Sequence record: NC_048045.1
Strand: one strand, 5' to 3'
Length of the DNA stretch: 64,000 nt
In this document: piece after piece, positions 33,107 to 41,659 of the stretch
Layout: each line of letters opens with the position of its first letter
How positions within the stretch are numbered: the stretch's first letter is position 1
The notes under the pieces: model-generated
The model's input: the letters and a program-made list of their open reading frames with translations, nothing else
What the model was told of the DNA's origin: nothing
Databases searched by the model: none
Program-made: the position numbers and the translations under genes

Positions 33107-33798
33107 GCCGCCTTGCTCTCCACGTATTCGGCCAGCCGCGCGATCGTGTCCTCCGCCGAGGTGTGGTAGATCGCGAAACCCCCGGCGTCGATCCAGGCGT
33201 TGCAGTTGGCCGTGCGGTCGTCGATCAGGACTTGGTGGTCCGAGTGCTTGCGGTGCATGAAGGTCTGCTTCAGCGCCGACGTCGTGCAGATGAACCGATG
33301 GTCCGGCAGGCGGACGCGGCGGCTGAACGGCGGGTCCTTCTCGAACACGATCTCGGTGATCCGGGCGACGGCCTCTTCCTCGCTGATCTCGCTGGGAATG
33401 GCGCGCGCAAGGTCGCCGTAGAGGTTGGCGGCGGGGATGAAGCGCTCTTCGACCCAGCGCCGCTTGCTATAGGCCGCGCCCAGCCAATAGGGATGGGTCA
33501 GATAGGTGTCATCCGTGGCGCCGAACTTCGGAGCCGCCGTCAGGATGATGGGCTCAGCCGGGGCCAGGGTGTGGAGCAGCTTCAGGGCGCCCGGCATGAA
33601 CGGCAGGGTCTCGAAGAAGTCCGTGCCTTGGATCGACCGGTACATCCCCTGCTTCCAGAGGTTGGCCTCGTCATCCATGGTGTGGCTCGACTGGTTGTAG
33701 GTCGGGTCGGGGTTGAAGCCCAGCCGGCGGATGCCTTCGTCGAAGTCGGCGCCGACCCCGTCGAGGTCGAGATAGATGGCGTAGTTCTTCAGGTCCAT
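33103..33798 (-). CDS. HAD-family 5'(3')-deoxyribonucleotidase (NT5C-like)
   Basis: IYLDLDGVGADF, ILTA, SKRRWV, VLIDDRTANCNAWIDAGG; start MDLKNY. Confidence 0.85.
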   Translation of the reverse strand: MDLKNYAIYLDLDGVGADFDEGIRRLGFNPDPTYNQSSHTMDDEANLWKQGMYRSIQGTDFFETLPFMPGALKLLHTLAPAEPIILTAAPKFGATDDTYLTHPYWLGAAYSKRRWVEERFIPAANLYGDLARAIPSEISEEEAVARITEIVFEKDPPFSRRVRLPDHRFICTTSALKQTFMHRKHSDHQVLIDDRTANCNAWIDAGGFAIYHTSAEDTIARLAEYVESKAA

Positions 33799-33800
33799 GA

Positions 33801-34166
33801 TCAATTGCACTCCCGCAGGTCGCCCAGGCCGCCGATCTGGACGTCGCACTCGGCCAGGGCCTGCTCGCGCCGCTCGCACATCCCGATCAGGTCCTCGATG
33901 CAGTCGACCAGCATGCCGACCCCGTCGTAGAGGTCGATCTCCTGGTCCTCGGTCAGCGTGCCGCCCACCTCGGCGATGTCGGCGATCTGACGGAACTTGG
34001 CCAGCTTGCCGCCCGGCTCCAGGAGTTTCTTGAACGCTGCGAGGTTGGGGCTGGGCACCTGGGCGCCCGCCGTGACGAAGCCCGACAGGCGCGGCGCGAC
34101 GCGCGCCATGGACTCTTCCCGAAGGTCCCCGACCGGACCCTTCAGGCTCATATTGACGACTTCCAT
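33801..34166 (-). CDS. Hypothetical protein
   Basis: Start MEVVNM with GGAG RBS. Confidence 0.65.
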   Translation of the reverse strand: MEVVNMSLKGPVGDLREESMARVAPRLSGFVTAGAQVPSPNLAAFKKLLEPGGKLAKFRQIADIAEVGGTLTEDQEIDLYDGVGMLVDCIEDLIGMCERREQALAECDVQIGGLGDLRECN

Positions 34167-34168
34167 GT

Positions 34169-34366
34169 CTACTCCGGAAATTTGTTGTGCAGGTCGATCG
34201 CGATGCGGGCCAACTCGTAGTTGGTCTTGACGGTCAACTTCGCCGTCGGGACCCGCTCGATTTTCAGTTGGTCGCACATCATATGGATGGCGTGGATGAT
34301 GTCGCTCTTGCGCTTCTTCTCATAATAGCGGTGCGACACCGTGGCGCGGATTTCGACGATCGCCAT
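34169..34366 (-). CDS. Hypothetical protein
   Basis: TGATG coupling. Confidence 0.65.
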   Translation of the reverse strand: MAIVEIRATVSHRYYEKKRKSDIIHAIHMMCDQLKIERVPTAKLTVKTNYELARIAIDLHNKFPE

Positions 34367-34704
34367 CAGAGGGCGCCCGCGCAGGCCAGGGCCATTATCC
34401 AGCCCCGCTCGGTGGGCTCGAAGCGCGCCACCGGCGAGATCACCTTGCGATCGTCGGTGAAGTGGGGGTCGAGCCAGCCCTTGTTGGCTTTGACGATCTG
34501 GTCGATCCCGCTGGCCTGGAACACCAGGACCTTGCGGCCCTCATAGTTGAGGCAATCAGGGTAGCAAATTTCCGCCACAAAGCCGCGACCGACCTTCTCG
34601 CCCCGGATCAGAGTCCACTTAGCGGGGTTGGGATCGCCGGGCGCCAGGGTGAGAGGCGATTGCCCCTCAACCTTGACGGCGACACCTGATGAGAATGGGC
34701 GCAT
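34366..34704 (-). CDS. Hypothetical phage protein (alternative start 34806)
   Basis: YPDCLNYEGRKVLV..LDPHF..SPVARFEPTERGW; GAGGA RBS. Confidence 0.7.
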   Translation of the reverse strand: MRPFSSGVAVKVEGQSPLTLAPGDPNPAKWTLIRGEKVGRGFVAEICYPDCLNYEGRKVLVFQASGIDQIVKANKGWLDPHFTDDRKVISPVARFEPTERGWIMALACAGAL

Positions 34705-34806
34705 GCCGACGTCCTCGCGTTCGAGGGTTCGGCTGGTCGACAGCGGACGGATTCCGCTAGGCTGGCGCGGCGAGCGCCCGGCCGAGAAATGACGCATGAC
34801 CCCCAT

Positions 34807-35193
34807 CTAGTCCCCCAGGCCTTGCATGGCGTTGTCGCGGCTGTCCTCGGCGTCGGGCCGGACCGCCAGTTCCGCCAGGAGGTCGACGTCCAGGTGGCGG
34901 TTGTAGATCGCCGCGCCCCTGTACTTGAAGAGTTCGCTGGCCTCGTGCAGCAGCGCCCGCTCCACCGCCGCCCAGGCCGTCTGCACGATCTCGGTGTCGG
35001 TGGCGTAGTAGGAGAGCTTCCACTTGCGGCCCTTCCAGGCCTCGGGCTCGCCCGTGACGGTGTTGACGCCGTCCTTGCAGGACACCTGGAGCCAGACTTC
35101 CGCATGGCTCGTGCTGAGCAGGAACTCAAAGCCCGGATAGCTGACTCGATCGACGACGTCGCGGATGGACTGGGGCGTGCGCATCTCTGCCAT
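34807..35193 (-). CDS. Hypothetical phage protein
   Basis: WKGRKWKLS..TEIVQTAWAAV..HEASELFKYRGAAIYNRH pattern. Confidence 0.75.
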   Translation of the reverse strand: MAEMRTPQSIRDVVDRVSYPGFEFLLSTSHAEVWLQVSCKDGVNTVTGEPEAWKGRKWKLSYYATDTEIVQTAWAAVERALLHEASELFKYRGAAIYNRHLDVDLLAELAVRPDAEDSRDNAMQGLGD

Positions 35194-35194
35194 G

Positions 35195-35659
35195 TCAGGG
35201 CCTCGACTTGATCAGCCGGCGCGGCTTGCGCCGGGGCGACTTGAAGGACATCAGCGGGTAGCCGCTACCCGCGTACACGGGTTCCGGCGGCGGATCGGGG
35301 AGGTCGGCCGGGCGCTCCAGGCTGAAGCCACCCATGTCGAGGTCGTAGATCGACAGGCGCTCGCTGTAGCCGTAGCGGTTGTTGGCGAAGGTGATCCCGA
35401 CATCGCCCATCGACGAGACCATGATCACCCGGCAGGCCTTCCCGCCCTTGCGCCCGTAGAGCGCCGGCATGAAGCCCGCCTCCTCGATCGCCAGGGTCTC
35501 GGTGGCGTTGCCGGCGTTGAGCGCCAGGAAGCCCCGGACGATGGCCGGCAGCTTGTAGTCGCAGATCGCCCGGCTGTTGCTGGCCTCGTAGGGCATGCCG
35601 ATCTTGCCCTCGATCACCGCGCCCAGGATTTCGGCGTCCGACATCGTCTCAGCGGTCAT
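35195..35659 (-). CDS. Hypothetical protein
   Basis: ORF in string; ACRVIMVSSMGDVGIT. Confidence 0.7.
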   Translation of the reverse strand: MTAETMSDAEILGAVIEGKIGMPYEASNSRAICDYKLPAIVRGFLALNAGNATETLAIEEAGFMPALYGRKGGKACRVIMVSSMGDVGITFANNRYGYSERLSIYDLDMGGFSLERPADLPDPPPEPVYAGSGYPLMSFKSPRRKPRRLIKSRP

Positions 35660-35906
35660 AGGTGATCCTGTAGGGCAGACCGCCGACGCAAATCTTGCCC
35701 CGACGCCCGCTGGCGGTGGTGAAGGAAAAGCCCTGGCGGCCTTTGGTCCCGGCGCAAGCGAACCAGCGCCGGTGGAAGCTCACGATCGTCGAGCCCGTGT
35801 CGCGCTCGACGAGCCGCCGGGCATGGTTGCCCTCCCAGCCCAGGGCATAGAGCCCGATCGCCGTGAAGATCAGGCCCAGGGCGAAAGTCGCGGCGATCGA
35901 CCTCAC
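35649..35906 (-). CDS. Membrane-anchored or secreted small protein
   Basis: N-terminal hydrophobic helix; two Cys. Confidence 0.65.
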   Translation of the reverse strand: MRSIAATFALGLIFTAIGLYALGWEGNHARRLVERDTGSTIVSFHRRWFACAGTKGRQGFSFTTASGRRGKICVGGLPYRITYDR

Positions 35907-36283
35907 GCGGCGGCCAGCCCGCCGATGACGTCGGTGACGATCCGGCGCTTTTCAGCCGACATGCCGGCCAGGGCCAGGATCGTGCCCGCGCCGATCTCGG
36001 CGACGGCGTTGTCCACGGCGGCGCGGCCGTCGGTCATGTAGGCGGGATCATCGACCGGCGGGTAGAAGCTCTCGATCGGCTGCTTCAGGAAGCGCGCGGC
36101 CTCGTAGAGCTTCGAGGACGAGATGCGGTTGGAGCCGCGCTCGTACTTCTGCACCTGCTGGAAGGTCAGGCCCAGAGCAGCGGCGAGGTCGCCCTGGGAG
36201 GCACCTTGCTCCTTGCGGGCTTGACGCAGGCGCTGGCCGACGAACAGGTCGACGGGGTGAGGGGTCTTGTCTTCGTCAGCCAT
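35903..36283 (-). CDS. XRE-family HTH transcriptional regulator (alphaproteobacterial type)
   Basis: HPVDLFVGQRLRQAR..SQGDLAAALGLTFQQVQKYERGSNRISSSKL; start MADEDK. Confidence 0.93.
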   Translation of the reverse strand: MADEDKTPHPVDLFVGQRLRQARKEQGASQGDLAAALGLTFQQVQKYERGSNRISSSKLYEAARFLKQPIESFYPPVDDPAYMTDGRAAVDNAVAEIGAGTILALAGMSAEKRRIVTDVIGGLAAA

Positions 36284-37259
36284 TGACGGCTTCCTCCTTC
36301 TTTTGTTGGCGGGCCTTGCGGCGGTGCGTGTACGCCGCGCGCAGGGCCTGGGTGGTGTCGTCGTGCGTGCCCAGGTCAATCCCATCGGGCGCGACGACGC
36401 TGTTCTTCAGGCCGAACCGGTAGCCCTCGGCCTCCAGTTCGTAGATCGCCTGCTCCTCGTGCATCTGGGCGAGGTGGCGGTAGTATTCCGCCAGGGCCAG
36501 TTCGTAGTCGCCCAGGAAGACGCGCGCGCTGCGCTCGGTCCCGGCGACCTCGGCGTGGAAGGTCAGCAGGAACCGGCCAGGGCCGACATGCGTCAGCTTG
36601 TAGCCGGTCTCGGCCAGGACCTCCTCGACGGTCTTGACGACCTCGTAGATGTGGAAGGTCCACACCGACTCGATGTGGGTGTCGTGGTAGAGGTACTCGT
36701 GCTCGGGCTTCTGCTCGCCGATGTAGGGACCCCACTTGTGATAGCGCCAGCCGCCGCTTTCGGGCTGATGCTCGCGGCGCACCTCGACCATCGAGATGAA
36801 GTAGTTGGTGTCCGGATCGTCGATCAGGTCCGGGATCAGCGCCAGCAGTTGCTCGGGGCCGTCGCAGACGCCGTAGCTGTCGATGGGTTCGGCGATGCGC
36901 TTGTAGCCGTCGGCCACCGGCGGCAGGTCCTCGTTGTCCAGGTCGCCCACGACCTCGATCTTGTACTTGTCGTAGAGGAGCTTGATGCGCGCCTCGCGGC
37001 GCTCGCCATCGGCCTTGATCCAGGCGCGGAACGCAGCGGTGCGCTCATCCTCGGTCTGGCCGGCCTTGTACTCAGGCCCCCAGCGGCCCCACTTGTCCTC
37101 GATCTTCTCGACGATCTCGTACTCGGGGTTCCAGGAGCCCAGCGCGAAGACGCCCTGGGCCAGCCGCTTGGGAAAGCCCGAGCGCTTGCTGCTCTCGGCG
37201 ATCATGCGAGCGATGGGATCGACGGCCGAGGCCGGGCGCGGGGTGATGTCGTAGAGCAT
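36276..37259 (-). CDS. Hypothetical protein
   Basis: GGWRYHKWGPYIG motif; strong codon bias. Confidence 0.8.
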   Translation of the reverse strand: MLYDITPRPASAVDPIARMIAESSKRSGFPKRLAQGVFALGSWNPEYEIVEKIEDKWGRWGPEYKAGQTEDERTAAFRAWIKADGERREARIKLLYDKYKIEVVGDLDNEDLPPVADGYKRIAEPIDSYGVCDGPEQLLALIPDLIDDPDTNYFISMVEVRREHQPESGGWRYHKWGPYIGEQKPEHEYLYHDTHIESVWTFHIYEVVKTVEEVLAETGYKLTHVGPGRFLLTFHAEVAGTERSARVFLGDYELALAEYYRHLAQMHEEQAIYELEAEGYRFGLKNSVVAPDGIDLGTHDDTTQALRAAYTHRRKARQQKKEEAVNG

Positions 37260-37558
37260 CAGGCGGCGCCCTGGGCGATTTCGTAGACGATCTTGGAGAT
37301 GCCGCCGAGGTCCACGGTGAAGCGGTCCTCCGAGCCATCGAAGATGTACTGCCCGACGCAGCCGATCGGCAGCATCTTGCCGTTATCCAGGTAGATGGCG
37401 TGCGGGGTGGCCTCGACCACGCCCCGGATCGCGCCTTGCTCTTCAGTCGGCGCCATGTCCACGAAGGTGTCCTTGGCGCTCTTGATCCGAACCACCGCCA
37501 CGCGAAGACGCGCGCCCGGCTGGTTGAGTTTGGCAATCAGGTCGGCGGTGGTTTGCAC
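37259..37558 (-). CDS. Hypothetical protein
   Basis: GTG start with GAGGAG RBS after a promoter. Confidence 0.7.
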   Translation of the reverse strand: MQTTADLIAKLNQPGARLRVAVVRIKSAKDTFVDMAPTEEQGAIRGVVEATPHAIYLDNGKMLPIGCVGQYIFDGSEDRFTVDLGGISKIVYEIAQGAA

Positions 37559-37564
37559 GCGGGT

Positions 37565-37631
37565 CTCCTCTATGTCGTCGTCCCGACCCTCTTAGGTGGA
37601 GTTTCCACTTCTGTCAACACACAACCGCCAG
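37565..37631 (-). promoter_or_regulatory. Phage promoter family member
   Basis: TGGCG-N6-TGTTGACA-N17-TAAGAG, then GACGACAT and GAGGAG. Confidence 0.8.
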
Positions 37632-37632
37632 C

Positions 37633-37671
37633 AGGCAAAAAGAAACCGCCGACCCGAGGGCCGGCGGTTTT
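37633..37671 (-). terminator. Intrinsic terminator
   Basis: AAACCGCCG..CGGCGGTTT stem followed by CTTTTT. Confidence 0.8.
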
Positions 37672-37690
37672 GGGAGGTGTGGGCTCGCGA

Positions 37691-39553
37691 CTAGACGTCG
37701 AGGATGAAGTAGCGCTCGCTGGACGGGCCGTCGACTTCAACGACAAAGCCCGCCGCCTTCAGGGCCTCGATTGCCTTGGCGGTGTGGTAGAGCGACAGCG
37801 AGGACGCTTCGCTGATCCGGGACAGCGAGAAGCCATGCTCGGCGATCTTGAGGTCTTGCAGCGACAGTTCGTTCAGGGTGGTGATCACCACGCCGGCCGG
37901 GGCCAGTTCGTAGGCGCCCTCGAAATCGCGATCCTCCGAGAGGCGCACAAGGCCCTCCTGCTCGATGTTGTCCATCAGCGCGGCCAGGAACTCCGGATCG
38001 ACGTACCCGACGTGGCTGCGGATTTCGCTCAGATAGGCCGGGCCGTCGATGTCGACGGCATTGAGCACCGCCAGCAGGGCGATGCCCGGCATGACCGCGA
38101 CGACTTGCTCGGCCTTCTCCTCCTCGGACAGTTCGACCGGGATGCCGGCGCCGCGCGACAGCGGGATCACGGCCTCGTCCGGGTGCGTCTCGATATAGGC
38201 CTTGATCGCCCGCAGCGCGGACAGGAAGTGCGCCTGGGGGATTTCGTCCAGCTTGAACGTGATGCAGTCATCGTCGGTCAGGGGGTAGTGGGCGCGCAGG
38301 TTGGCGACGATGTCTTCGGGCCAAGCCTCCAGCACCGCGTCCCACAAAGCCTTGGGCATGTGGAAGGCGCCGAAGGACAGGGACTGCTCGGGCGTGGCGC
38401 TTTCGACGGCGGCGATGGACTCGTCGATGCTGGCGGCGCTGTAGCCGCCGACATAGCCGTTTTGCGACGCGTGGAGGACCTCGGCGGCCTCCTCGGCGCT
38501 CAGCCCCGTGATGGTCTTCTCCACGGCGTCCTCGGGCTCCTGGAGCGGCTCCAGGGTCTTCAGCCGATCGCTCAGGCCCTGGATGGACTCGTAGGCTTCG
38601 GCCGCGTCAACGTCGAGCTTCAGCGTCAAGCGCTCCGGCCGGGCGCTGAACTCCTCGCCCGTGATGGTGTAGGCGCCGTCGCGCTCCAGGATTTCCAGGT
38701 TCAGGAAACGCCCAGTGTCGTTGAGGGCGCGGAAGCGCGCATAGAGCGCGTCCTGCTCGATCAGATCGGTGAAGATGCCCTTGTCGAGCGCGAACAGCAG
38801 GTCACCGTAGGACCGCAACGCCTCGCCTTCGACGAAGGGCGCGCTCTCCTCGGGCTGCTCCCGCGTGAAGCGTAGGCCCGGCCCGGTGGTTTCGGTCTCT
38901 TGCGGCTTGATGAGGGGTTCTTCGATCACGGGGGCTTTCTCCTTGAAGATGATGGAGGTCAGTTCGTTCAGCGAAACCGACCAGTTGGTGTCGACCTGGG
39001 CGGCATAGCGGCCGGAAAGGTCGTTCCATTCGACCTTGCCGATCTCACCGCTGAGCATCTTGCTGTCCCAGGCCGAAGGGAACGTGACGTCGGCGCCGCC
39101 GAAGAAGTCGGTCAGGTGCCCCGCGAAGGCCTCGATGTCCTCGCGGGTCGCCGGGCGCACTTCACGCAGCGGGTAGGAGTGATGGACGCCGGGCCGCGCG
39201 TCTTCGATCTCGACGAAGATCGGCCCGTGCTCGGTGTGGAAGCGCTGGGTGTAGCCGATCATCTCGCCTTGGGGGGTCATGACCATCACCGGTAGGGCCG
39301 AGAACTTGTGGTTCAGCCGATCCACATAGTCGCTCGGATAGGCGGTGGTCGTGTAGATCAGGTTGTCGCCGCGCCGCACGCCGCTGTAGTCGATCACGCA
39401 GAGGGGCACGGCGGTGCCCGGCGGCAGGCGCGGGCGGTCGACGAAGACCTGACCATCGGCCACCGGCGGGGACGATCCATGGATATAGGGGAGCACCTCG
39501 CTGAAGGTGGCGGTCCAGGCGGGCTTGACCCGGTCGAGGAAAGTTTCGGTCAA
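37691..39553 (-). CDS. Large acidic hypothetical protein with possible tandem winged helices at the C-terminus
   Basis: 620 aa; ALMDNIEQEGLVRL..YELAPAG and AKAIEALKAAGFVVEV. Confidence 0.8.
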   Translation of the reverse strand: MTETFLDRVKPAWTATFSEVLPYIHGSSPPVADGQVFVDRPRLPPGTAVPLCVIDYSGVRRGDNLIYTTTAYPSDYVDRLNHKFSALPVMVMTPQGEMIGYTQRFHTEHGPIFVEIEDARPGVHHSYPLREVRPATREDIEAFAGHLTDFFGGADVTFPSAWDSKMLSGEIGKVEWNDLSGRYAAQVDTNWSVSLNELTSIIFKEKAPVIEEPLIKPQETETTGPGLRFTREQPEESAPFVEGEALRSYGDLLFALDKGIFTDLIEQDALYARFRALNDTGRFLNLEILERDGAYTITGEEFSARPERLTLKLDVDAAEAYESIQGLSDRLKTLEPLQEPEDAVEKTITGLSAEEAAEVLHASQNGYVGGYSAASIDESIAAVESATPEQSLSFGAFHMPKALWDAVLEAWPEDIVANLRAHYPLTDDDCITFKLDEIPQAHFLSALRAIKAYIETHPDEAVIPLSRGAGIPVELSEEEKAEQVVAVMPGIALLAVLNAVDIDGPAYLSEIRSHVGYVDPEFLAALMDNIEQEGLVRLSEDRDFEGAYELAPAGVVITTLNELSLQDLKIAEHGFSLSRISEASSLSLYHTAKAIEALKAAGFVVEVDGPSSERYFILDV

Positions 39554-39562
39554 GGTGGTCCC

Positions 39563-40027
39563 CTATTCGCTCGGAATGACGGACGCCGGGGCGTCCAGGT
39601 CGAAGGTCTCGCCCTCATCGGTGAGGGCGAAGGTGGCGTAGCCGTCAGGGCTCTTGACCATGGACAGCATCTTGATCAGGCCGTGCTTCTCCAGCGCCTG
39701 GGCGGCGGGATAGTCGGCGTGCTGGTAGAAGACGTTGAGCCGCCCGCCGTTACCCAGGATGCGCACGCTGCGCAGCAACATGGCCTCTTGCTCGCTCAAG
39801 CCCAGCGTACCCTTGATCCGCACGCGGGCCAGATGCACGTCGATCACATGCGTTTGGCCCTCATGCTCGAACTCGATGATCGCCAGCGGCCCGAACGAGC
39901 CGTTGGTCACCGCCAGGATCACGCCCTCGAACTCGGTCGTCTTGCGGGCGGTGATCGGGACGTAGTAGTCGAAGAACACGGTCTTGCCCTTCATCACGTG
40001 GTGGGCCTGGGGCGCGACAGTGCTCAT
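39563..40027 (-). CDS. Hypothetical protein, possible C-terminal winged helix
   Basis: AQALEKHGLIKM..FALTDEG. Confidence 0.7.
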   Translation of the reverse strand: MSTVAPQAHHVMKGKTVFFDYYVPITARKTTEFEGVILAVTNGSFGPLAIIEFEHEGQTHVIDVHLARVRIKGTLGLSEQEAMLLRSVRILGNGGRLNVFYQHADYPAAQALEKHGLIKMLSMVKSPDGYATFALTDEGETFDLDAPASVIPSE

Positions 40028-40275
40028 GTTGTGGAGTCCTTCTTGCGGGCGGTGTAGTGGAACTCGTCGTGCATGCGCCCGTCCAAGGTGATCTCGTAGC
40101 CGGGACCCAGTTCAGCCAGGATGCGCGCCTCGATCTCGGCGAAGTCGATGTTGGCCATCGCACGCTCGGCCGCCGCCGCCTGCTCCAGAAAGCTGCTCCT
40201 GATCTTGGCGCCGGCCTCGGTACGGATCGGGATGTTCTGGATGGGTGGCTCGGACTTGGACAGGCGCTCGGTCAT
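40024..40275 (-). CDS. Small protein (83 aa) carrying DNA polymerase A motif A- and C-like peptides
   Basis: ANIDFAEIEARILAELG and GRMHDEFHY; start MTERLS coupled to the gcrA stop. Confidence 0.7.
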   Translation of the reverse strand: MTERLSKSEPPIQNIPIRTEAGAKIRSSFLEQAAAAERAMANIDFAEIEARILAELGPGYEITLDGRMHDEFHYTARKKDSTT

Positions 40276-40820
40276 CAAGCCCTCTTTTTCTTGCCGACGT
40301 GCGAGGGGCGCGTGGCGGCCTTGTAGACGAATGGGCGATAGGCCATGCGGTGGTGGTCGATGCAGTAGACGCCCTGCGCGGTGCGGCACCCGCAATGGCC
40401 GAAGTTCTGGTCGGTCGGGTCGCCGTAGGGCCAGCGGCACATCCCGCGCCCCAGGCTCAGGGTGGGGACGACAGTCTCGGGACGCACCGGGATCGGCGCC
40501 TGCCCCTCGGGGACCAGTTCGATCTTGGGCTTCGAAGGCGTTTCGGCCTTGGGCTTGGCGGCTTTCTTGGGCTTGGCGACCTTGACCTTCTTGATCTGGA
40601 TGCCGTAGCCGCGCGTTTTCTTGCGGCGCTCCTGGAGCGGCAAGACCTTGTCGCCCAGTTCGCCCTTCTGGCGCAGGCGATCGCCCATGCCGCAGACGGC
40701 GCTCTTGCTGCGCGGCTCGCGTAGCATTTCCCCGATCTGCTTGGTCCCGACAGGCTCGGCCCAGAGCTTCTTGAGCAGGGCGATGTCCTCGGCCAGCCAG
40801 TCCGACTTACGCTTCTTCAC
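40275..40820 (-). CDS. gcrA: GcrA-like cell-cycle regulator
   Basis: W..EDIALLKKLWAE...QIGEML..SKSAVCG..RL; CRWPYGDP..FGHCG...YCIDHHRMAY. Confidence 0.92.
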   Translation of the reverse strand: MKKRKSDWLAEDIALLKKLWAEPVGTKQIGEMLREPRSKSAVCGMGDRLRQKGELGDKVLPLQERRKKTRGYGIQIKKVKVAKPKKAAKPKAETPSKPKIELVPEGQAPIPVRPETVVPTLSLGRGMCRWPYGDPTDQNFGHCGCRTAQGVYCIDHHRMAYRPFVYKAATRPSHVGKKKRA

Positions 40821-40828
40821 CTTGAACG

Positions 40829-41014
40829 CTACTCCTGTTTTGCCTTGGCGGGGCGCCGGCGGCTCGTGGGATGGGGGACGAACACCAGGGCGACGGTCGA
40901 GCCGCCGGTGTAAAAGGTCCGGCGGCTATAGAGCCAACCGCCCTCGACTTCCAGGCGATCGGTGACTTGCCCGTCCGCTTCGTCGACTTTTTCCCATTTC
41001 GTCTTCTTGGCCAT
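40829..41014 (-). CDS. Hypothetical protein (61 aa)
   Basis: Start MAKKTK; TDRLEVEGGWLY..ALVFVP. Confidence 0.7.
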   Translation of the reverse strand: MAKKTKWEKVDEADGQVTDRLEVEGGWLYSRRTFYTGGSTVALVFVPHPTSRRRPAKAKQE

Positions 41015-41017
41015 GTG

Positions 41018-41065
41018 CCCCTCGAAATTCGCCGGCACCCTAGAGACGCGCCGATGTGTTGACAA
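41018..41065 (-). promoter_or_regulatory. Leftward promoter of the divergent region (gcrA operon)
   Basis: TTGTCA-N17-TAGGGT; GAGGGG RBS. Confidence 0.55.
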
Positions 41066-41079
41066 GCGCAAAATAGCTC

Positions 41080-41145
41080 TGGCTGGCGAGTGTTGACAAG
41101 GAGGCGGTGGTCCCTTAGAAGGGCGGCGACGACAACGAAAGGAGG
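41080..41145 (+). promoter_or_regulatory. Phage promoter family member (first rightward)
   Basis: TGGCT-N6-TGTTGACA-N17-TAGAAG-N6-GACGACAAC-GGAGG. Confidence 0.85.
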
Positions 41146-41150
41146 CGCCG

Positions 41151-41450
41151 ATGCGCTACGTTCTGGAGTACATGGACTGCGACGACCAGATCGTCCAGGT
41201 CGACTTCGAGGCCGCCACCCGCGCCTCGGCGATCGCCAAGGCCAAGCGCCTCTTCGTGAAGGCGGTCGAGGCCAGCGGTCGGTCGATCTTCACCGGCTAT
41301 ATGTTCGAGGACCACTCGATCACCATGAAGGTGAAGCTGGTCCCGTTCGGCACCCTGAGCCGCTACCTGGGTCTGGGCAAGGTCACCGTCGCCAACATCG
41401 CGTTCGACGACCGCGACGCCAAGATCGCCCGCCAGGACATGGCCGCATGA
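41151..41450 (+). CDS. Hypothetical protein
   Basis: GGAGG RBS. Confidence 0.75.
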   Translation: MRYVLEYMDCDDQIVQVDFEAATRASAIAKAKRLFVKAVEASGRSIFTGYMFEDHSITMKVKLVPFGTLSRYLGLGKVTVANIAFDDRDAKIARQDMAA

Positions 41451-41659
41451 TCAGGGTCGAGGACGTCAAGCCCGGCTTCATCTATCGCGGCGGCAAGGGC
41501 GGCGCCCTGCGCCAAGTGGTCAGCTACGGCGCCCACGAGGGCTTTGTCTGCTGGGCCAACCCGCACGATCGCCTGCCCTATGGCGGGTTCCTCACCACCA
41601 CCTGCACCAGCCGGGCGTCGTTCGCCCGCTGGGCCGACAAGATCGAGGAAGAGGTTTGA
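41447..41659 (+). CDS. Hypothetical protein
   Basis: Start MIRVED; ATGA overlap. Confidence 0.7.
   Translation: MIRVEDVKPGFIYRGGKGGALRQVVSYGAHEGFVCWANPHDRLPYGGFLTTTCTSRASFARWADKIEEEV

Noticed and set aside
40024-40275. Annotation as DNA polymerase I or a polymerase pseudogene
   Set aside because: Only 83 aa, motif B and fingers are absent, no polymerase remnants in the neighbouring frames, and the ORF is intact and coupled.
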